Source: a virus (taxonomy: Duplodnaviria > Heunggongvirae > Uroviricota > Caudoviricetes). Taken from it: a stretch of DNA of 13,081 bases. Below the pieces are notes generated by a model. It was given only the letters and a program-made list of their open reading frames with translations, searched no databases and was not told where the DNA came from. Below, in pieces: positions 6,375-13,081 of this stretch. How positions within the stretch are numbered: the stretch's first letter is position 1; each line of letters begins with the position of its first letter. The translations under genes and the position numbers were made by a program. The stretch lies in the IMG/VR virus record IMGVR_UViG_2568526681_000001; one strand, written 5' to 3'.

Positions 6375-8333
6375 TTACGCCGTACATTTCACCAGACCGC
6401 GGTGATCAACTGGCGCGACACCGGCGTCAATACGCACTTTCGTTGTCACGCCATCCACACTGAAGCCCTCCATCTGATCAATATATGGCGTATCCACACC
6501 GTTGAGATAAGCCACTTCAATCGTATCGGAGCCTTTTGACGCAGCCAGGTAGAAGGTGGTCTGGCTGTTATCATCAAGACGAGGCTCTGCAATAACGGTC
6601 GCAAAATCTTTCACCGGGTTAATAATACCGGCGTTAATGTCAGCCCCCTTGACACTTGAGGAGCGAATGACCTGGTTAGCAACAGACTCCATCGCCGTCG
6701 GTACCAGTACGAACGCAGGACGAATATTCAGATGACGCTCCCCCTCTTTCTGAACGCGCATCAACTGGCGGGCTTTATCCAGCGATGCCACGTCCATTGC
6801 AGCGCTCTCCAGTACGTTTGCATGTTTCGCTTTATCGAACAGACTTACATTATCTGTGGAGATTTTCGGGTTAGACGTCAGAATGGCATAAACCAGATCG
6901 GCAATAGTGGATTTCGCCGCACGGCCCAGTTTCATCGGGACATCGGTCAGCATATTCAGATCATCATTGATAATGGCCTGACGGGTGATACTGAACAGCT
7001 CGCCATAGGTCGCCAGTGCAATAGTGGCCTGTTTATCTCCGGTGGTGACGTATTTATATTCCGCCCCTTCACGCACCTGACGCAGAGCACTGAAGCCCCC
7101 CATACCCACACGATGGGCAATTTTAAAATCAGACAACTGACCTTTCCGCGTCCACTGTTCATAGGTTTCAGGGGCATCTTCCCAGCCCTGCAGAATGGCT
7201 TTGTTCGCAACATCCAGCAGAATATTACCGAAGTCAGACGTACTGTGTGTGAACGCCGCACCGACCATCTGCATCGGGTTATAACCGGAAACCCCAATAC
7301 CCCGTTCAGTCAGTGACATACGGGCATATTCACGCAGGGTCATCCCGTTGTAGACATTATCACGTTCGGTTTTTTCAAATCCGGCACGCGCCATCAGCGC
7401 CTGGCGGATCCCGTCCCCCACAAAATTACCGTTACCGGCATAAATATGAGCCGGGGTATTTTTATTCGATGGTGAAAATTCCTTACCCATTTCATTCAGT
7501 AATTTCTCACGGGCTTGATCCAGCGAGCACTCCGGATCAGAAAGACAACTGGCCTGTAATGTCTGATAACGTCCACCAAACATGCCAAACAGATCATTAA
7601 TACCACTCACGCGTGCTTTTTGCTCAGCCAGCACCTGCGCACGGATACTGTTTTCATCCACCACGGGTGCTGCTGCCTGTACTGGCGCCCGGGAGGCTGC
7701 AGGTTCATCATCCTGTACGCGTGGAGCACTGTTGCGTGGCGCAGTAATCATGTTTCGAATAGATTCCGGCATCTTTTTAAATTCCTCTGTACGTTTTGAC
7801 TGAATACATGCCATTGCCTTAACGGCTGGCGTCACCTGGTCAGCAAATCCATGTGCCAGACATTCGGCACCGGACATCCAGGTCTCATCCGCCAGCATGG
7901 CAGCAATTTCATCGGTGGTTTTCCCGGTTTTCTGTGCATAAGCGGGTAACAGAACCGCCTCAACTTTATCGAGCAGGTCGGCATAGGTGCGCATGTCCTC
8001 CGCATCACCGCCCGTAAAGCCAAATGGTTTATGAATCATCATGAAAGTGTTTTCCGGCATAATGACCGGGTTTCCCACCATCGCAATGACCGACGCCATT
8101 GACGCCGCCACACCGTCGACATAAACGGTAATGGACGCACCATGTGTTTTCAGCGCATTAAAAATGGCGATGCCTTCAAAGACATCACCACCCGGTGAAT
8201 TAATATGGAGATTAATGTGGGTGATATCTCCCAGTGCATTCAGATCACTGATAAACTGCTTCGCTGTAACACCCCAGAAACCAATCTCGTCATAAATATA
8301 AATATCCGCGTCACTCTGGTGACCAGCCTGCAT
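6375..8333 (-). CDS. Fused ClpP-like prohead serine protease / linker (scaffold-like) / major capsid protein, about 652 aa
   Basis: N-terminal domain has ClpP-like motifs: ...IYIYDEIGFWGV...INSPGGDVFEGIAIFNAL...VDGVAASMASVIAMVG (Ser motif) ...MMIHKP (His motif). A Pro/Ala/Gln-rich linker follows (APRNSAPRVQDDEPAASRAPVQAAAPVVD...), then a ~330 aa C-terminal domain typical of phage major capsid proteins. Single uninterrupted frame. I chose ATG at 8333, 13 nt after the portal stop; the track start at 8594 would overlap portal by ~250 nt. The Shine-Dalgarno at 8333 is weak, so the start is uncertain. Confidence 0.82.
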   Translation of the reverse strand: MQAGHQSDADIYIYDEIGFWGVTAKQFISDLNALGDITHINLHINSPGGDVFEGIAIFNALKTHGASITVYVDGVAASMASVIAMVGNPVIMPENTFMMIHKPFGFTGGDAEDMRTYADLLDKVEAVLLPAYAQKTGKTTDEIAAMLADETWMSGAECLAHGFADQVTPAVKAMACIQSKRTEEFKKMPESIRNMITAPRNSAPRVQDDEPAASRAPVQAAAPVVDENSIRAQVLAEQKARVSGINDLFGMFGGRYQTLQASCLSDPECSLDQAREKLLNEMGKEFSPSNKNTPAHIYAGNGNFVGDGIRQALMARAGFEKTERDNVYNGMTLREYARMSLTERGIGVSGYNPMQMVGAAFTHSTSDFGNILLDVANKAILQGWEDAPETYEQWTRKGQLSDFKIAHRVGMGGFSALRQVREGAEYKYVTTGDKQATIALATYGELFSITRQAIINDDLNMLTDVPMKLGRAAKSTIADLVYAILTSNPKISTDNVSLFDKAKHANVLESAAMDVASLDKARQLMRVQKEGERHLNIRPAFVLVPTAMESVANQVIRSSSVKGADINAGIINPVKDFATVIAEPRLDDNSQTTFYLAASKGSDTIEVAYLNGVDTPYIDQMEGFSVDGVTTKVRIDAGVAPVDHRGLVKCTA

Positions 8334-8346
8334 CCTGAACCAGGAA

Positions 8347-9852
8347 TTATTCTTCGGACTGGTTGTCGGTGTGCTGCGGCTCCTGTCGTTTCGTTGCGGC
8401 ACTGCTGCCTCCTTTATCACTGGCCGGATCGGTATCAAATACCAGATCCAGCTTGCGGTTTTCATCAATTTCGGCCTTACGCCGACGTTTGACATCATCC
8501 GGATTACGACCACCTGCACGTACCCAGTCTGATTCTGTCGCCGCTCCACCACGAATCTGGATTTTCCAGGCCTCAGCCTCCTTGACAGGATCAATCCACG
8601 GCATGACCGGACCAGAATAGGTTGCGTTATATAGTGTTTTCATATCCACATCCGACGTAATTTTCAGCAATCCCGCGGCCACAACCATATTCAGCCATGC
8701 CCGGTACACCGGACGGGTTACAGCACCAATAAAACAGTCCTGCAGGATCAGATAACCATCTGTGGACTCAACCAGCTCCTGTCGCTGGGCACTGTAGGTA
8801 CCGTTATAATTACGTGCTGCACTGGAAAAACTCAGACGTGTGCCCGCCGCCACGGCCCGCAACTGACCATTACGAAAAGTTTCCAGGTTAGTGTTAGGCC
8901 GATCAGATTTGACCATGCCGATATCTTCCCCCTTACGCAGATCGTCATAAATAATGCCGGGTGTGATATGCAGTTCCCGATCATTATCTTTATTCGTCAC
9001 GGGGGCCTCATAATCCTGCCCGTCTCCTTTACGGATATACAGCCCCAGTGCTGCAGCAATGCGCGCCGCTGTCAGCTCGGAATCTTCATATTCCTTAAGC
9101 GCGCTGATCCGCATCAGCACACCTGACAACATGGATGTGCCACGCGTCTGATGCAGCCGGCGGGTAAACTTCAGATGCACCATATTTTCAGCGGCGATCT
9201 CTTTGGTATCACTCTGTCGCCCGGTGACCGGATAATTTTTATAAACCAGGTATTTTTTCGGCCTGCCCCACTCATCCAGAAAAACCCCCTGATTCATTCC
9301 CGCAGACTCATCACTGAACATGGGTACAAAATCCGGCTCCATTGCCTCGAGCCAGAAAGGCACGCCGGCAGTCCGCACCAGTCCGGCCCCTGCACCACTG
9401 ACCATCTGGGCAAACACTTCACCATCACGTAACCAGGTACGCAGCAACAAACGCTCGAGCATGGGGCGCGTATGCTGCCCGGTCACATCCGGGCTGACAG
9501 ACCATTCCGCCCACAAACGACGGATAATCATTGCCAGGTCTGTAGCCATATCACCGTTTTTCAGTAATGGCTGGGGTTCAACAATGATCCCTTTTGCGCC
9601 AATCACCCGCTCCTCAAGCTTGTCGAAAGCACCGATGACAAGGTCATGATTGATATCCAGAAAACGGGCCTGCTCCCGCAGGGATACCGCCCCGTACTTA
9701 CTGAGCTGGTCGGCAGAACGGTTTTCCCGTCGGGCTTTGTGTGTGCGGGTGGGTTTCACTGCCTCATAGGCCTGAATTAATGCTCTTGACCGCAACCTCG
9801 CAGCTTTCCAGCCTGGTGAAAAAGCACCAATCACATCATCCAGAATTGCCAT
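8347..9852 (-). CDS. B: Portal protein (lambda gpB-like), 501 aa
   Basis: Size and position (after terminase large subunit and W) fit. The internal region ...LSFSSAARNYNGTYSAQRQELVESTDGYLILQDCFIGAVTRPVYRAWL... parallels recalled lambda gpB (...SYEQLSRNYAQMSYSTARASANESWAYFMGRRKFVASRQASQMFLCWL...). Its start ATG overlaps the W stop (ATGA). Confidence 0.85.
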   Translation of the reverse strand: MAILDDVIGAFSPGWKAARLRSRALIQAYEAVKPTRTHKARRENRSADQLSKYGAVSLREQARFLDINHDLVIGAFDKLEERVIGAKGIIVEPQPLLKNGDMATDLAMIIRRLWAEWSVSPDVTGQHTRPMLERLLLRTWLRDGEVFAQMVSGAGAGLVRTAGVPFWLEAMEPDFVPMFSDESAGMNQGVFLDEWGRPKKYLVYKNYPVTGRQSDTKEIAAENMVHLKFTRRLHQTRGTSMLSGVLMRISALKEYEDSELTAARIAAALGLYIRKGDGQDYEAPVTNKDNDRELHITPGIIYDDLRKGEDIGMVKSDRPNTNLETFRNGQLRAVAAGTRLSFSSAARNYNGTYSAQRQELVESTDGYLILQDCFIGAVTRPVYRAWLNMVVAAGLLKITSDVDMKTLYNATYSGPVMPWIDPVKEAEAWKIQIRGGAATESDWVRAGGRNPDDVKRRRKAEIDENRKLDLVFDTDPASDKGGSSAATKRQEPQHTDNQSEE

Positions 9853-10064
9853 CAGAACCTCGCCAGTTTATATCCCGGATCCCCCCGTCGCCGCGCAGTC
9901 ATGGCAGCAAGACGCCGCTCCCACTCCTGACGCCCCCGTCGGATCTCGGACAGATTTTCCATGGTCATCTGCTGACCATTAAAAGTGACGGATTTTCCGT
10001 CCAGAACTGCCATTTCCGCATCGATATAACGCTGGATCATGGCTTCAATATCATTCTGGTTCAT
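9852..10064 (-). CDS. W: Head completion / head-tail joining protein (lambda gpW-like), about 70 aa
   Basis: Small ORF between terminase large subunit and portal. ...AEMAVLDGKSVTFNGQQMTMENLSEI...ARRRGDPGY resembles recalled lambda gpW (...[31 protein letters not shown]...TQRRRGPAGF). I chose ATG at 10064 (6-nt spacing from GGAGG, ATGA overlap with the A stop); ATG at 10070 is the alternative. Confidence 0.7.
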   Translation of the reverse strand: MNQNDIEAMIQRYIDAEMAVLDGKSVTFNGQQMTMENLSEIRRGRQEWERRLAAMTARRRGDPGYKLARF

Positions 10065-12160
10065 AACCATCCTCCGGAAGTCACCCAGGGATTTTCCTCA
10101 TCGGGTACCGTTTTTTTTCGTTTCTTTTTTCTGTCCGGCTGGAGCACTGGCTCCGGCAGAACAGGTTGCTCAGTGTTATCACTGACGCACTCCAGCCAGG
10201 TTTCCCTGCATGCCCATTCTGGCGCATCCGGCCACTGAATTTTCTCGTAACCATGCAGAATGACCAGAGCCTCGGCATACACCATCAGGTCAAAGGCTTC
10301 GTTAGCCCCCCGCCCTGGTTTGCTCCACTTTCCGTCACTGCTCCGCTCTTCATACGTCAGTTCGTCGTAAAACCAGCTCCCCAGCCAGTCAGGAAAATGC
10401 ACATAGCCGGGACCCGGTGAATCACGCCATAACGCATTATTAACCCGGTCTTTCAGGGCATCCGTCTGAAGAAGCCAGAGTGGCACATCACCTGCGGCCT
10501 GCGCCCGTCGGCCCGTTCGTCCGGTGTTATCAGGGAATGTACGGGTGATCAGTTTTGCTCGCCGGATGCTGTCGCCCTTAAACAGGTAAATACTTTTACC
10601 AAGTCCATCACGACGGCAACGACGCCAGAATTTATAGGCATTATCAGTGACCCCGTCTTCACCGCCGGAGTCCACCGCCATTGCCATCAGTCGCATTTGT
10701 TGAGAAGGATCGGAGGCCAGCGGCCAGCTTTTATGAAAAACATCCGTCAGCAGGACATCCCAGTCTTCCGGATAGCTGGCCGGATCAATTCGCTGGCTCT
10801 CCCCGTCGCTGTCACCGCGCAATGACTGCGTGATGTTGTAACGATCAATAATCCAGCGTTCGCCACGACTGCCATAGCCCGTTACCTGAACCACAAAACG
10901 GCGATGACGTCCCGCCTGCACATCCACTGTCGCCACAAGGAAATTAACGCCATCCGGCACACTGCGTGAAGGAACTGGCTCTGCCCGCTGCTCAAGCAGT
11001 TCACTTTTTCGTTGCTCCATGCTGGCGCGGGGAAGATAAGGCAATCCCCAGTCGGTGTTGATAACCGCCCTGAGTGTTTCTTCGCTTCCTGTCGCTTCAT
11101 ACTCCTGTTCTGCAGTCAGTAATTTGTAAACCAGTTGCGCCCAGGTCTGATACGCAGCAGCTGGCCCTTCCATCCAGAAGCTGGCAATCCTTGAATTACG
11201 TGGCGTTCCGGTAACATTCCCCTCCATGTCAATGTGCTCACCATCCCGCAACCAGACCCCACGTCCGTTCAGTTCACGTTTCATGTCTGAGGTGATTCGG
11301 TTACCACAATGAGGACATAATATATGAGCCGATTTACTGGCTTTTACAGGATCAGGATTGTCACGATACCCCGTCATAGTCTCCATGGATGGCTGAAAAT
11401 ACCCCCCACAATCCGGACAGGGCCAGTACCAGCGACGACGATCACCACGGTTATAGAGTGACAGGATCCCCGTAGTGGGGGGAGCTTCATGTGGAGAGGT
11501 TTTCCGCCACTTACTGTCCGAAATTTCGCGTCCGGGTGAACTCTCCACAAGTGTCATCCCTGCTGACATAAACGTCGTGGTACGTTTGGAAGCCAGGGAG
11601 AAACCATCACCTTCACCATCAATATCATCAGGCCAGCGATCATAATCTGTTAATGCTACAAATCGATAATCAGAAGACGACATTATATTAACTGACGGCC
11701 AACCAATTTTTAGATAATTACCCGCCTTAAAAGTCTTATCATGGACGTTATTATCATTGGTTCGTGGGCTCATTCGCCGAACAACCTCTTTACTGACCCG
11801 GAATGTGCGATCAAGGCGTTTTCTGGAATGCTCCCTTGCTTTCTCTTCTGTCATTTGAATTAACAAAAAGTCTGCAGGTTCACAAACCACGCTGTAAACA
11901 ATCCAGCCATCAATTAATCCAACCGTTTTTCCTGTTCGCGCTGGCCCGACAAAAACAACCGCATCATAGTCACGGGAAGACAAACAATTCATTGGCTCAA
12001 TGATGTAAGGCGTCAAAGATGCATCCCATGGCAATGAACTTCCCCCACCCAGTGGCACTCGCATATATTTCTCAACAGCTTCTGCCACTGGCATTCTTGT
12101 GGGTGGTTTTAGTAATTCGGAAACATCACGCCTGATAGCACTTGCAGAAGCAAAGGTCAT
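10061..12160 (-). CDS. A: Terminase large subunit (lambda gpA family), 699 aa
   Basis: Length is typical for the gpA family. Contains a P-loop-like VFVGPARTGKT and a zinc-ribbon-like CPDCGG...CPHCG, with acidic nuclease-like motifs in the C-terminal half. Start ATG overlaps the Nu1-like stop (ATGA). Sits directly downstream of the small subunit and cos. Confidence 0.9.
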   Translation of the reverse strand: MTFASASAIRRDVSELLKPPTRMPVAEAVEKYMRVPLGGGSSLPWDASLTPYIIEPMNCLSSRDYDAVVFVGPARTGKTVGLIDGWIVYSVVCEPADFLLIQMTEEKAREHSRKRLDRTFRVSKEVVRRMSPRTNDNNVHDKTFKAGNYLKIGWPSVNIMSSSDYRFVALTDYDRWPDDIDGEGDGFSLASKRTTTFMSAGMTLVESSPGREISDSKWRKTSPHEAPPTTGILSLYNRGDRRRWYWPCPDCGGYFQPSMETMTGYRDNPDPVKASKSAHILCPHCGNRITSDMKRELNGRGVWLRDGEHIDMEGNVTGTPRNSRIASFWMEGPAAAYQTWAQLVYKLLTAEQEYEATGSEETLRAVINTDWGLPYLPRASMEQRKSELLEQRAEPVPSRSVPDGVNFLVATVDVQAGRHRRFVVQVTGYGSRGERWIIDRYNITQSLRGDSDGESQRIDPASYPEDWDVLLTDVFHKSWPLASDPSQQMRLMAMAVDSGGEDGVTDNAYKFWRRCRRDGLGKSIYLFKGDSIRRAKLITRTFPDNTGRTGRRAQAAGDVPLWLLQTDALKDRVNNALWRDSPGPGYVHFPDWLGSWFYDELTYEERSSDGKWSKPGRGANEAFDLMVYAEALVILHGYEKIQWPDAPEWACRETWLECVSDNTEQPVLPEPVLQPDRKKKRKKTVPDEENPWVTSGGWL

Positions 12161-12660
12161 AATTCCACCTCATCATCTCTTTCTCTCATTTCAGTTGATA
12201 ATGCCTCACGGATATCATCAACTGCTCGTTGAGCCTCAGCGATTTGTGATGCACTCCAGCCTCGATCTCGTTCCAGTTTGTCAGGCCACGTATCCAGTAC
12301 CTGAGTAACGACCTTCAACATCAACGCCATTTCGCGATGTACGTCACTGGCAGGAACAAGTTGTTTTAATGTCGTTTCCATTTTGATACGTTCATTTTCT
12401 GACTGGAACCAGTCTTTACGCTCTTTAGGCTCCATTCGTGACGGGTCATGTATATCGGAAGCAATGACTGATTTACTCTCAAACAAAGCGGGTCCGACAT
12501 CTCTCAATGCATAAACAGGATTACCACGAACAGTACCAGCAACAGGGATATTGGCCTCCAGCAGTCTTTTTTTTACCACCTTCCTGTCCATAGCAAAGGC
12601 TTCTGCAATTTTCGCGATACTCCAGTGATAAACGTCTCCAATATTACTGATATTCGACAT
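12157..12660 (-). CDS. Terminase small subunit (Nu1-like DNA-packaging protein with N-terminal helix-turn-helix), about 167 aa
   Basis: ATG at 12660 with GGAGAGG Shine-Dalgarno 5 nt upstream (the track start at 12666 is GTG). The N-terminus SNISNIGDVYHWSIAKIAEAFAMDRKVVKKRL looks like a helix-turn-helix, and the C-terminus is acidic. Lies between cos and the large subunit, translationally coupled to it. Family assigned by position and architecture; direct similarity to lambda Nu1 is weak. Confidence 0.7.
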   Translation of the reverse strand: MSNISNIGDVYHWSIAKIAEAFAMDRKVVKKRLLEANIPVAGTVRGNPVYALRDVGPALFESKSVIASDIHDPSRMEPKERKDWFQSENERIKMETTLKQLVPASDVHREMALMLKVVTQVLDTWPDKLERDRGWSASQIAEAQRAVDDIREALSTEMRERDDEVEL

Positions 12661-12729
12661 CCCCACCTCTCCACACCAGCTCGAATATCATTTTTCTCAT
12701 TAAAAACAGGACATTAAAAACTGGTCAGA

Positions 12730-12814
12730 TGTCCCATAAAAAGCCAAATGGGACAGGTCAAAAGCTTTTTTTGCAGTAATTTTCAATAGGTTACTTGATG
12801 TGGTGGTGTCCCAT
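12730..12814 (-). promoter_or_regulatory. Candidate cosB: three copies of an 8-bp motif (ATGGGACA in gene orientation), two direct and one inverted, with A/T-rich spacers
   Basis: Plus-strand tgtcccat at 12730-12737 and 12807-12814, and inverted atgggaca at 12748-12755. A/T-rich tracts lie between them (e.g. aaaagctttttttgcag). Located between the predicted cosN and the Nu1-like start, where lambda has its R1/R2/R3 sites and the IHF site. Confidence 0.5.
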
Positions 12815-12837
12815 GAAAATTCAAAAATCAGCCGTTT

Positions 12838-12890
12838 TCCGCGACGCTCCCGCCCCGTGGCAGGCCACCCCACCGGGAGGACCCGTCAGC
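12838..12890 (-). other. Candidate cosN (nicking site, predicted 12-nt cohesive end GGGCGGGAGCGT at 12844..12855) and adjacent cosQ-like sequence
   Basis: Minus-strand read: ACGGGTCCTCCCGGTGGGGTGGCCTGCCACG GGGCGGGAGCGT CGCGGAAAACGGCTGATTTTTGAATTTTC. Lambda, recalled from memory: ACGGGTCCTTTCCGGTGATCCGACAGGTTACG GGGCGGCGACCT CGCGGGTTTTCGCTATTTATGAAAATTTTCC. The shared blocks are ACGGGTCCT, CCGGTG, ACGGGGCGG and TCGCGG. Confidence 0.65.
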
Positions 12891-13081
12891 CTGACATCCA
12901 TGACGAACGTCTGATACAACGCCTTGCATAAATGGCATCGGGATAATCCAGAAAGGAATAGCATCGTGCCCACAAGAATCTGTGTGAGTATCCTGTTTCT
13001 TCCACCCCCGCACAGGACTGGCGAGCATGAGGGACAAACCCGCGAACCATAAACGCGGTAAAAACCCGGTGTGCATCGTTT

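Noticed and set aside
6732-7316. Plus-strand 194-aa ORF, and other plus or alternate-frame ORFs within the capsid, portal and terminase genes (6956..7297, 7313..7600, 7582..7803, 8205..8492, 9151..9649, 9741..10238, 11803..12003, 12099..12308)
   Set aside because: Antisense or out of frame relative to well-supported structural genes, with no independent coding signal.
8334-8594. Upstream extension of the capsid-fusion ORF to an alternative start at 8594
   Set aside because: It would overlap the portal C-terminus by ~250 nt in another frame. The first ATG after the portal stop (8333) gives an N-terminus consistent with ClpP-like proteases.
13039-13058. Inverted repeat cccgcg-aaccataaa-cgcgg near the right edge, possibly a terminator for a gene beyond the window
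   Set aside because: Short 5-bp stem with a 9-nt loop and only a weak U-tract, and the upstream gene is not in the window.
12828-13076. Minus-strand 82-aa ORF, plus a second stop-free frame entering from the right edge, both crossing the cos region
   Set aside because: Trp/Cys/Gly/Arg-rich translation with no protein-like pattern. It spans the predicted cosN/cosQ, which is expected to be non-coding. Stop-free frames of this length are plausible by chance in a GC-rich region.
1-13081. Searched for cargo or a novel accessory system (CRISPR repeats, tRNA, IS inverted repeats, toxin-antitoxin or defence genes, morons)
   Set aside because: None found. The minus-strand structural genes occupy essentially the whole window, and the only non-coding stretches (3735..3791, 6289..6374, 12661..13081) are explained by hairpins and cos.

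Overview
This window is the late (morphogenesis) operon of a lambda-like temperate phage or prophage, probably from an enterobacterial host. All genes read on the minus strand and tile the window without gaps large enough for cargo genes. Reading in gene order (high to low coordinates): a cos packaging site, terminase small subunit (Nu1-like), terminase large subunit (gpA-like), gpW-like head completion protein, portal (gpB-like), a single ORF fusing a ClpP-like prohead protease to the major capsid protein, a small putative head-decoration protein with a collagen-like C-terminus, FII-like head-tail joining protein, gpZ-like and gpU-like tail proteins, major tail protein gpV-like, tail assembly chaperones G and G-T (apparent -1 frameshift), and the tape measure protein gpH-like, which runs off the left edge. 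I find no CRISPR array, tRNA, IS element, defence system or plus-strand gene; the plus-strand ORFs in the track are antisense to these genes. I therefore cannot support a novel system here. The points most worth a second look are the cos site, the collagen-like extension on the putative decoration protein, the non-canonical G-T slip site, the protease-capsid fusion, and intrinsic-terminator-like hairpins inside the operon. Homology calls rest on my recall of phage lambda protein and cos sequences, not on a database search. The track's 'M' at some ORF starts is an alternative start codon (e.g. GTG at 12666), so I re-chose starts using ATG plus Shine-Dalgarno context. CDS coordinates include the stop codon.
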